A program made the position numbers and the translations under genes. Below are positions 56,382-64,000 of a stretch of DNA of 64,000 nt, one piece after another; within the stretch, counting starts at the first letter, position 1; every line of letters begins with the position of its first letter. Source of the DNA: a virus. The stretch spans positions 3,048-67,047 of the IMG/VR virus record IMGVR_UViG_3300026487_000009; one strand, written 5' to 3'. The notes beneath the pieces are model-generated. The model did not search any database, was not told the origin of the DNA, and saw only the letters and a list, made by a program, of their open reading frames with translations.

Positions 56382-56684
56382 ATGAGCAATAAAGCAACGT
56401 TTATCATTGGTTCCACAACCGTCCACCTTATCGCCGGACATAAGGCGGGCGGCGCCGCGGTTGCTTGCGTTGTTGAGCTGGAACTGTCTGAGCTCCAGTC
56501 TCTCACCGTTTATTACCCAATGGGCAGCATTACGGCTGCCCAGCGCTTTGTTTCAACGGCAACGGCTGAAACGGCGGAGCGCGGGTACAAAAAAGTTATG
56601 GAGGAGCATGGCGCCGTGCTGGAGCTGGTCAATAAGTGCTTTTCCTCTCACCTCCCGGACTGGAAGCGTCTCGGGAAAAATTAA
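56382..56684 (+). CDS. Hypothetical protein
   Basis: ORF after an operator copy. Confidence 0.6.
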   Translation: MSNKATFIIGSTTVHLIAGHKAGGAAVACVVELELSELQSLTVYYPMGSITAAQRFVSTATAETAERGYKKVMEEHGAVLELVNKCFSSHLPDWKRLGKN

Positions 56685-56698
56685 CCAGAAGGATCCTT

Positions 56699-57058
56699 AT
56701 GAAAACGACAATTGTGACCGCCTTCAGGAACTCTAAGTTCACGCTCGCGCTGATTGCCTGCTACGGGTTCTGCTATACGCAGCTCCCCTCACCCGGCGGG
56801 GAGATCTGGGCGCAGATGTTTTCCGTACTCGCCTGGACCTCGGTTTACTGCACCAGCCTCCATCGCTTTAACAGTGATCGCGTGGCGCTGCAACGCCATA
56901 TTGACGCCGTCAATGCCGCTCGTGAACGCCGGGTTTTAAAAGAGGCGATCGCCCGGGGCGTTATCCATGGCGACATGCTGGAGGATAAGCGTCTTGCAGG
57001 TCTGTTTGCGCATTGCCTTGTAGAAAACATGGCGCTGGCTGAAGGAAAAAAAGCATGA
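56699..57058 (+). CDS. Membrane hypothetical protein
   Basis: Two hydrophobic segments; AAGGA SD. Confidence 0.55.
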   Translation: MKTTIVTAFRNSKFTLALIACYGFCYTQLPSPGGEIWAQMFSVLAWTSVYCTSLHRFNSDRVALQRHIDAVNAARERRVLKEAIARGVIHGDMLEDKRLAGLFAHCLVENMALAEGKKA

Positions 57059-57510
57059 AGATCTCCCGCAGGCAGATGCGTTTTTTTCTGGCGGCAGCGT
57101 GCGCGGTTCCCGTCGAACTCAATTCGCCGTACACGCACTTTTCTTCCGTTGACGCTGCCGGCCACTACTCGGGCGAAGATATTTGCTCCGACAGTAAGGT
57201 GCTCAAGCAACTTGCCGGCATGGGCATGATCCGCTGCGTGGGCGACGAAGATGATTTCTGCGTCGAGTTTGCCGATCGCGGCGACTTCCTCAGTGCGTGG
57301 CGCGCTGGAGCCCGCGCGGCAGAACGCGGAGAAGGCATTGAATACAGTGCTTATAACGCCAACGGCATGGCATTTGTCGCTGGCCACCAGCACTGGCATG
57401 AGCATGCCCGCCCGGGCCGGATACCGTACAAGGCGGAATATCACCGTGCCTGCCATGGTTTTACGTGTGTAGATACCGGCGAAGAATGGGATCAGGCCTG
57501 CTATGGATAA
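57055..57510 (+). CDS. Hypothetical protein
   Basis: ATGA-coupled. Confidence 0.6.
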   Translation: MKISRRQMRFFLAAACAVPVELNSPYTHFSSVDAAGHYSGEDICSDSKVLKQLAGMGMIRCVGDEDDFCVEFADRGDFLSAWRAGARAAERGEGIEYSAYNANGMAFVAGHQHWHEHARPGRIPYKAEYHRACHGFTCVDTGEEWDQACYG

Positions 57511-57697
57511 GGTAATAGGCTTTGCCCTGCTCGCCTTTGGTGCGTATCTGGCGCTGGTGGTCGGCCATAAGGCCATCTCTGTTGTGCTGATTCTGGCAGA
57601 TGACTGCCTTCACGTACTGATGAAGATTTTCAGGGTGCGCCGATCGAAACGTCGGGGCGCAGCTGCTGCCCGGGGCACCCCAAAAACACGCAGCTAA
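57503..57697 (+). CDS. Small membrane protein
   Basis: Hydrophobic N-terminus, basic tail. Confidence 0.5.
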   Translation: MDKVIGFALLAFGAYLALVVGHKAISVVLILADDCLHVLMKIFRVRRSKRRGAAAARGTPKTRS

Positions 57698-57710
57698 AAC
57701 ACTAAACTTT
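57692..57710 (+). promoter_or_regulatory. Probable C1 operator upstream of ref
   Basis: AGCTAAAACACTAAACTTT. Confidence 0.6.
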
Positions 57711-57867
57711 TACTTTGCGCAAAAAGGAAAGGCCACCATGAAAGGCGGCCTTATGGGAACTATCAATCTAAGAGCAACACCACTGAGAAGTGGCAATCGA
57801 CTCTCAACACAAAGCATACCGAATAAGGATCTTTGTGTCTAACCGACAGGCTAAAAAGCCGTAAAGA

Positions 57868-58479
57868 GTGAACAAAATGGCGAAAACGAGCGAAGAAAAA
57901 TTGCAAAACATGCTGGCCTCCCGGAAGAGGTCGCAGGAACGCGCCAGGGAGAAGGCGCAGAAGAAATTAGCCGATCCTGAGTGGCGGCAGCAGCAGTTTG
58001 CAAAGCAGCTCGCCCAGCACCAGGCCAGCATTGAACGGCAGAGGGAGAAAGCCAAAAACCCGGTTACACGCACGCAGTCGCAGGCAGCCAAAAAGGCGAA
58101 GGCATCCCGTAAAAAGTCCTATGGCAGCAAAGGGCGCACGCCGACGGCTGAAGAACGCCGGTACATGTCCCTTCTCGGTGCCCTTCCCTGCATCCCCTGC
58201 CACGTTCACGGGAAAACAACGTTTCCTGTGAGCCTGCACCATACGGATGGTCGCGTGGCGCCAGACGCTCATAAACGGTGTCTGCCGATTTGCGATCACC
58301 ACCACCAGCACGCGGCACCCAAAGAGGTTCGTCTGGAATTCCCCTGGCTGGTGCCGGTGCATGCTGATGGTTCCGTCGGCGGCAAGGCAGAGTTTGAGCG
58401 GCACAACGGGAGTCAGGATTCATTACTGCAACTCGCTTATGAGATGGCTGGTATTGACCACCTGAAAAACACTAATTAA
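57868..58479 (+). CDS. ref: Ref RecA-dependent HNH-like nuclease
   Basis: GRTPTAEERR, LPC..C..H, SLHH..GR and PWLVPVHADG.VGGK match P1 Ref. Confidence 0.93.
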   Translation: MNKMAKTSEEKLQNMLASRKRSQERAREKAQKKLADPEWRQQQFAKQLAQHQASIERQREKAKNPVTRTQSQAAKKAKASRKKSYGSKGRTPTAEERRYMSLLGALPCIPCHVHGKTTFPVSLHHTDGRVAPDAHKRCLPICDHHHQHAAPKEVRLEFPWLVPVHADGSVGGKAEFERHNGSQDSLLQLAYEMAGIDHLKNTN

Positions 58480-58524
58480 TATGTAATTGATTTGGAATTA
58501 TTAGCTGTAATGCATGTCACTTAT

Positions 58525-58551
58525 AAACCGCCGCTCTGTGGCGGTTTTTTA
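58525..58551 (+). terminator. Rho-independent terminator
   Basis: AAACCGCC..GGCGGTTTTTT. Confidence 0.7.
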
Positions 58552-58560
58552 TTTTCACCG

Positions 58561-58579
58561 CAACATAACACTAAACTTT
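58561..58579 (+). promoter_or_regulatory. Probable C1 operator upstream of mat
   Basis: CAACATAACACTAAACTTT. Confidence 0.6.
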
Positions 58580-58589
58580 TAAATGCTGT

Positions 58590-59288
58590 GTGAGTTCAAT
58601 TAGTATTGCTCAATTGATGCGCCAGCGGCGCGCCAGCCCGGAGGTTTACGTGTCTGATAAAAAAATTCTGGCCATCTGCCTGTCAGTATCCCCACCTGTA
58701 GCGATCGAGGCGATTTGGTTCAAAAACAAGCTCACCATGAACACACCCATACCGCTGCAGCCTAACCGCACGGCACTGGAAGCGTCGGTGACCAAAATGT
58801 TGCAGGAGTACGAGGAAAGAGGGTTTGAAGTGCTGGTGGAAGAAGCGACGATTTTTGCCAGCGCTCGCGGTGCCCGGCGGATCCGGCTGGGCACGAACGA
58901 CGAAACAGGGAAACCGTTGCTGCTAACCGCACTCAATATTTATCGTGAACTGAAAATGCAGTCAGCGATAAACCTACCGAAAGGCCAGCCCGGCTATGAG
59001 CTCCCGGACAGCATCTTTGACGCCGATAAAGACGCCCGCGGGAACAATATTTATCACGTCGATTGGGCGAACCTGCGCCCTACGCATGTGCTGACCATGC
59101 TGTGCTGCTATGCCACGCAGTTTCATAACCCGGACAGCTCATACTTCCTCTCCCGGATGTTCAGCGACATCGAGGATGCCGCGCCCAGTGACCGCTACGC
59201 ACCGTTGAAATCCATCATTCAGCACGCGTTAACGGATGAAACGGAAATGTCTGTCAGCCCACTCACCGGCCAGGGGAATTACCTGTGA
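58590..59288 (+). CDS. mat: Mat (particle maturation)-like protein
   Basis: F.VLV.E, YRELK, E.PDSI.D and W...RP.H.L..LCCYAT; follows ref as in P1. Confidence 0.75.
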   Translation: MSSISIAQLMRQRRASPEVYVSDKKILAICLSVSPPVAIEAIWFKNKLTMNTPIPLQPNRTALEASVTKMLQEYEERGFEVLVEEATIFASARGARRIRLGTNDETGKPLLLTALNIYRELKMQSAINLPKGQPGYELPDSIFDADKDARGNNIYHVDWANLRPTHVLTMLCCYATQFHNPDSSYFLSRMFSDIEDAAPSDRYAPLKSIIQHALTDETEMSVSPLTGQGNYL

Positions 59289-59623
59289 CGCTCTCACGTC
59301 TGGATAACCAGCAGATAGCCGACCCGATCCAGCGGTCGTACCTGCACCGCGTGGTGCGCGACAAGTCCCTCACCTTCGATCTTGATCTCATTACGCACTT
59401 TATCGCGCTGGATGAGCAGTACCGGCCAGACCTGGTGAGTTACCGGGTTTACAAAACGCCCGAGCTTCAGTGGATGGTAACGCTCATTTACGGCAATGAA
59501 GATCCGGCGGCGGCCATGAAGGCGGGAACGGAGCTGCGCCTGCCGCCCCTGGCCTGGGTGCGCGAACAAATCCGGCATTATGCCAACGGCGGCGAAGTGG
59601 CCGGAACTCTGATAGAGGAATAA
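59285..59623 (+). CDS. Baseplate protein gp26-like
   Basis: EQYRPDLV.YR.Y and GT.L.LP..AW.R..IR.YA. Confidence 0.8.
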   Translation: MTLSRLDNQQIADPIQRSYLHRVVRDKSLTFDLDLITHFIALDEQYRPDLVSYRVYKTPELQWMVTLIYGNEDPAAAMKAGTELRLPPLAWVREQIRHYANGGEVAGTLIEE

Positions 59624-59625
59624 CG

Positions 59626-60387
59626 GTGGATTCAAAGCCAAATACAACGCACACCCACGCGGAGTTAAACGATATCGCCCGTCGCTGGCTCCTACGGCCA
59701 GAATCAGGGCGCGGCCCGGGCTGTAAGGTTGCGTTTACCGAAGTGGGCGCCGTGGGCGACGGCGAACGTGCAGACGCATGGGGTTATCGCTGGGGCTCGG
59801 AAGGCGGTAGCGTGCTGGTGGAGTCCAAAGTCAGCCGCAGCGATTTCCTGCGCGATCGCCATAAGCCCCACCGGCAGCCGATGCACGGTGTAGGCCTCGG
59901 TGATTACCGTTATTACATCTGCCCGGAGGGGTTGATTAATATCAGCGACCTCCCGGACCGCTGGGGGTTGCTATGGGTGAATAAGCGGGGGCATGTGAAG
60001 GTGCTGGCGGGCCACGTTACCAGCTCGTTTGCGGTGCCGACACTCTGGAACGGGGAAATCGTTGAGCGACACAGCCTGCGCGATTACGCCCCATTCTGGC
60101 GCCATGAGTCCGATCAGGACGCCGAACGCGGGCTGATGGCCTACATGCTGGCGCGCGTGGGCGATCCTGACGCACTGCTGCAGGAGCAGCGCGGATATCT
60201 TCGACTGAACGCGCAGCAAACCAGCCAAATCATAGCTCTTGAGAAGGCAGCCCGCGCCGACCGGCAGACAATAGCCCGGATGCGACGTACGCTGCTGAAG
60301 GCCGGGCTGGAAGATCCTGTCCTGCCAACATCCCGCGGCACTCCAGTGTTTATGCTGGATGAGGAGGCAGGCAATGCCAGCAGCTGA
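59626..60387 (+). CDS. PD-(D/E)XK nuclease-fold protein (MmcB-like)
   Basis: E....E.ADA.G, VE.KVSRSDF..D and RYYICP.GLI...LP..WGLL. Confidence 0.75.
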   Translation: MDSKPNTTHTHAELNDIARRWLLRPESGRGPGCKVAFTEVGAVGDGERADAWGYRWGSEGGSVLVESKVSRSDFLRDRHKPHRQPMHGVGLGDYRYYICPEGLINISDLPDRWGLLWVNKRGHVKVLAGHVTSSFAVPTLWNGEIVERHSLRDYAPFWRHESDQDAERGLMAYMLARVGDPDALLQEQRGYLRLNAQQTSQIIALEKAARADRQTIARMRRTLLKAGLEDPVLPTSRGTPVFMLDEEAGNASS

Positions 60388-61576
60388 TTTTGAGCGCCAG
60401 CAGGATGGCCGGTACGTCACCGACGGCCTTTCAGCGCGTGATTTCGAGCGAGTATTTAACCTGATCTCGAAGCACCAGCGGAAAGCCCGTCGAAAGGCAA
60501 AGCGCACCCTGACACCGGCGCGGATGCGTAACAAGGATCTTGAGGAGTTTCTGAAGCTCGGCAAGAAATCGGATGGCACGATCTTTACGCCAGAGGACAT
60601 GAAGCGGTTTATCGAAAGCCGCACCAGCATCCGCGGCAAATTCGACAGCTCAACGGCGGGGATCACCTACGCACAGCTGGTGGCTCAGTCCACCAGTATT
60701 GATATTAAGCGCGCCAATAACAGAGTGGACGATGGTACCGGCATCAAGGCAGCCACCTTCCTGGGCCTTAAGCAAGACGTCGCGATAATCAGCGTTAAAG
60801 CCTCAGATGAGTCAGTGCATGCGCATCACCGCGTAAAAATCCGGTTTGAAGGATGGGATCAGGCGGTGGAAGAGCTGGGGGATGAGAAAACCTCCGCCGC
60901 GGTTATTGTGCGGCAGCTGTGCGCCGGGCGCGTCTCCTTTGATTGCGATTGTGGCCGCCATCAATACTGGTACCGCTACATCGCGACTGCCGGTAATTAT
61001 GCGCTGGCCCCACCCAAAGAATATGCCTTTCCAAAAGTACGAAACCCAGACCTGACCGGCGTTGCCTGCAAGCATGTGATCCACAGTATGACGCGCTTTC
61101 AATCGGCCACCTGGCAGGCACAGATCCGCAAGCAGCTGGAGCAAAACGCTAAACAGGTCGCTTTTGGAGATGACAAGAAAAAAACCACACGATTTTTCAC
61201 TGAGGATGAGCTCAAGAAGCTATCCCGCAACCGCTCGTCTACGACAGACCAGGCAAAGCAGCGGAGTGCATTCACTAAATACCAGGCGGCACAGAAGTCA
61301 CTGCAGAAGACCATCACCAGGTCGGGATCATCGCTCGATGCCCTGCGCAAGAAATTAAGCAAAATGCGTAAGTCTGGTGAGGCTACTCGCGCTGAACTGG
61401 AGAAAGAGCGCGCCGCCCGCAGGGCACTGGAGGATCGGTTACTCAAGGATCAGATAGCCCTCAGGAAACAGGCGTTTATTGATGCCCTGCTGATGGCCGG
61501 TATGAGCGAGAAAGACGCAGAAGCGAAATTCAAGATATGGCTGGATAACGAACTTAAAAAGGCGGCGAAGAAATGA
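60374..61576 (+). CDS. Tail protein gp25-like (SWIM-type Zn finger)
   Basis: GRY.TDGLSA.DF, GITYAQLVAQST, FDCDCGRHQYWYRY and ACKHV. Confidence 0.9.
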   Translation: MPAADFERQQDGRYVTDGLSARDFERVFNLISKHQRKARRKAKRTLTPARMRNKDLEEFLKLGKKSDGTIFTPEDMKRFIESRTSIRGKFDSSTAGITYAQLVAQSTSIDIKRANNRVDDGTGIKAATFLGLKQDVAIISVKASDESVHAHHRVKIRFEGWDQAVEELGDEKTSAAVIVRQLCAGRVSFDCDCGRHQYWYRYIATAGNYALAPPKEYAFPKVRNPDLTGVACKHVIHSMTRFQSATWQAQIRKQLEQNAKQVAFGDDKKKTTRFFTEDELKKLSRNRSSTTDQAKQRSAFTKYQAAQKSLQKTITRSGSSLDALRKKLSKMRKSGEATRAELEKERAARRALEDRLLKDQIALRKQAFIDALLMAGMSEKDAEAKFKIWLDNELKKAAKK

Positions 61577-62310
61577 AGTATGACGAGGACTTTTTAGGCG
61601 GCTGGGATGAGCCGGTAGCTGGCCAGCGCGTAGAGGCACCCGCACCAGCGCCAGCCCCTGAACCTGCCGGTGCGGTAGAGCTGGTGGACGACGAAGAGCA
61701 GCAGCTGGATAGCAGCGGTGAGGCTGAGTCTCCGGCACCCGATGAAGAAGACGGAGAGCAGCTGGGCAACGTGGTGCTGCCCGATCACTTCGAGCCTGCG
61801 GATAGCGCCGATCGCCCTATCGATTCCTCTATGCGCACACGCTATCACGGACACGGTGAATTTAATGACCTGCTGCGCGCAGACTGGATTGCGGCCATTG
61901 AACTGGACCCTGATGCGTTCGACGCACTGCTGTATCGCGCAACCCGCCACCAGCCCGACGCCAACGATCAGCCATCCACTCCGCAGGTAGCGGAAGTATT
62001 TGACCCTAACCAGGCATTGCTGGACTACCAGCACCCGGAAAAAGTGGCTGTACTCGACTGCCCGGATGAAATGGAGTCGTTTATGGGGATGTACGACGGC
62101 AGCGATAACACCGGCGCCGGAGTGGATGCACTGATCCTGCGCACCAGCGGTTTGAATGTGCCAGTGGGCAGTGTATTTGAGTGGCAGGAGCAGCTGACCG
62201 GCGACCGCTACCGCCGCGTCTGGTGGTATGTACACCGCATATTCAATTACGGGACGGCAAACGTCGGTAGCCTGTTTTATTGCATCCCTTTCCGTAGCCA
62301 GGAGCTTTGA
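61573..62310 (+). CDS. Tail protein gp7-like
   Basis: DW..AI.LDPD.FDA.LYRA, DCPDEM..F..YDGSDNTG and GSLFYC.P. Confidence 0.88.
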   Translation: MKYDEDFLGGWDEPVAGQRVEAPAPAPAPEPAGAVELVDDEEQQLDSSGEAESPAPDEEDGEQLGNVVLPDHFEPADSADRPIDSSMRTRYHGHGEFNDLLRADWIAAIELDPDAFDALLYRATRHQPDANDQPSTPQVAEVFDPNQALLDYQHPEKVAVLDCPDEMESFMGMYDGSDNTGAGVDALILRTSGLNVPVGSVFEWQEQLTGDRYRRVWWYVHRIFNYGTANVGSLFYCIPFRSQEL

Positions 62311-63090
62311 TTGATGAACGAAATCGTGCTGAGTCGCTTCAAAACGCTGGAGCTGACACCGAACGGCAAGCGTGAGATCTCATCGTTATCTGATGTGGAT
62401 AACGGATTCACCGCCAAAATCCTGGATGCATTTGATGGGTTGACGTTCTCAGCTCCCACGCGCGAAGCGAAGGCGATGACCGAATTTCTCCAGCGCGCAA
62501 AGAGCGATCAGATAAGCTTTGGTAATTACCCGGACCCGGGAGCCTGTCTCTCGGCGTGGCGTTCTTCCGGTAGTGGTCAGAAGCAAAGTACGCAGCAGAA
62601 ACCTGTAAATCGCCTGGCGCTGCCGCTAATTAATGTCAGCCGTAATATCGGGTATTCGTACTATGTTGGTGACCACCAGCGTGATGAATATGACTTCGGT
62701 GAGCTGATGGATGATAAAGAGCAAATCATCGCGGTTATCAGCATGCTGCCCGTTCAGTTGGATTTCAAAGTGTGGGCGCTGGCTGCCGACAGAGAGACGC
62801 TGAGCTATATGACTTCAGCGATCGGTTCATGGATGCGACCGTGGCATACCCAGGGGCAAACAGCATTCAGTTGCACCAGCAGCCTTTGCGGCATAGCTGT
62901 AGATGTTGATGGGTGGCTGGATTCGCCAAAAGCCATTGACTGGTCTGATATTTCATTTACTCCCCAGGAGGAACGCGTTTACGCCGCTGAATGCCAGATT
63001 TCAGTGATCACTCAGCAGCTGGTGGCCTATATGGTCGATAGCCGCGTCATCCGTCATGAAACCGTTCTAAGGGGGGATCATGGCCGGTAA
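62311..63090 (+). CDS. Baseplate/tail protein gp24-like
   Basis: LTP.GK.E, EFL.R and VN.LA.PL.N.SR; synteny. Confidence 0.85.
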   Translation: MMNEIVLSRFKTLELTPNGKREISSLSDVDNGFTAKILDAFDGLTFSAPTREAKAMTEFLQRAKSDQISFGNYPDPGACLSAWRSSGSGQKQSTQQKPVNRLALPLINVSRNIGYSYYVGDHQRDEYDFGELMDDKEQIIAVISMLPVQLDFKVWALAADRETLSYMTSAIGSWMRPWHTQGQTAFSCTSSLCGIAVDVDGWLDSPKAIDWSDISFTPQEERVYAAECQISVITQQLVAYMVDSRVIRHETVLRGDHGR

Positions 63091-64000
63091 CAAGCAGTCT
63101 GACACCAAAACACAGCTTTTCCTCCAGTCCGCGAAGCTGGGCGACCAGGAGATCCCCCGATCGATGATGCTGACATGTCTCTACATCGAGCACGCCGGAC
63201 TTTCCGCCCCGCAGCTGGTGATTGAGTATAAAGATTCGACCAACTGGATCATAAACCAGCTGGGCGTCAAAACGGGCTCCCTGCTGTCGGTTACGCTGGG
63301 CGATCCGCATGGCAACGGCCAGACTCAGTGGAATGACACCTTCTATGTGCTGAAATGCCCGTCAAAGGGTGACGTTGTCACGATATACGCGTTCAGTGAT
63401 TCGGTTCGGTTGATAAAGGAGCCAGCAGCTAAAGCGCAGTTCTTTGTTGAAAAGCAGCCAAAAAATATCGTCGCAGCCCTGGTTAAAGGGCTGAAGGTAG
63501 AGGCGGACACGTTTACCAAACAGGGCACGTATCACCTCAATGTTGGTCAAAAACCCTCAGCCGTTATTCAGGAGATCGCCCGGGATGACGGAGCGATCGC
63601 ATGGATTGCGCGCGGCACTATTTTTTTTAAAAGCATGACACGTCTTGCCGCCAGCAATCCCGCCCTGACCTACAGCGCAAATAACCCGACGACTGACGGT
63701 TTTACCATCACCCGCTGGCGCGTGCTCAACAACGATCAGGCCTATCTGAAAGACTACCAATACCGGTTTATGGGATACGACATGGAGGGCGGCCTAATCA
63801 GTGCAGGCTCGCCCAATCATCCGGTCAAGATGGTGGCGGCGCAGGAGAAATCTATCCTGTCGAATATGCTGAAAACCCTGCTGCCAAAGTTCGAAATGGA
63901 GTGCGAGGGTAACGGCAGACTGACGCCCGGGCTGGTGGTGAAATGCTTAGTGAACTCATACAGCAACGATAACGGACTGGATGAGTCGGTACCGGCAAAG
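63080..64000 (+). CDS. Tail/baseplate hub protein gp6-like, runs off the window (not in ORF track)
   Basis: Manual translation TQLFLQS..G.QEIPR.M, TYHLNVG.KP..V.QEIARD and LDES.P.K. Confidence 0.88.
   Translation, partial: MAGNKQSDTKTQLFLQSAKLGDQEIPRSMMLTCLYIEHAGLSAPQLVIEYKDSTNWIINQLGVKTGSLLSVTLGDPHGNGQTQWNDTFYVLKCPSKGDVVTIYAFSDSVRLIKEPAAKAQFFVEKQPKNIVAALVKGLKVEADTFTKQGTYHLNVGQKPSAVIQEIARDDGAIAWIARGTIFFKSMTRLAASNPALTYSANNPTTDGFTITRWRVLNNDQAYLKDYQYRFMGYDMEGGLISAGSPNHPVKMVAAQEKSILSNMLKTLLPKFEMECEGNGRLTPGLVVKCLVNSYSNDNGLDESVPAK

Larger units (their letters stand above)
1..64000. mobile_element. P1-like temperate phage-plasmid (partial genome)
   Basis: P1-homologous RepA/oriR, RepL, C1, Cre, PacAB, portal, protease, Dar and tail genes; no host core genes. 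Confidence 0.97.

Overview
The whole window is part of a temperate P1-like phage-plasmid. It is clearly related to P1 but strongly diverged, and it runs from the 3' end of a tail-fibre chaperone to the middle of tail gene 6. Homology calls come from my recall of P1 and family protein sequences, not from database searches. Recognisable P1 modules are lydAB, the Dar antirestriction set (hdf, darA, ddrA, ddrB, hxr, darB, ulx), a RepA iteron replicon with P1-style oriR, repL, pro, prt, lxc, pmgS, ssb, lpa, pac/pacA/pacB, c1, cre with a candidate new lox site, ref, mat and tail genes 26/25/7/24/6. Departures from P1 are a lambda-R-type endolysin, a ProQ/FinO protein after repL, an actin-type ParMR pair between lpa and pacA, three glycosyltransferase-fold genes near a motif-altered KdsB homologue, a C5 methyltransferase and a 13-kb run of Ead/Eaa-like cassettes. 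The most striking locus lies between lox and cre. A sigma70 promoter overlapped by a probable repressor operator drives a ~1.2-kb array of interlocking, tRNA-shaped RNA units with no credible ORF. It is followed by a double-CCHC zinc-knuckle protein, an Acb2-family sponge, a second putative sponge fusion and tRNA-Ile2. A 19-bp asymmetric motif (GCAATAAACACTAAACTTT) occurs about 20 times upstream of operons and is probably the C1 operator. No CRISPR array or IS element was seen.
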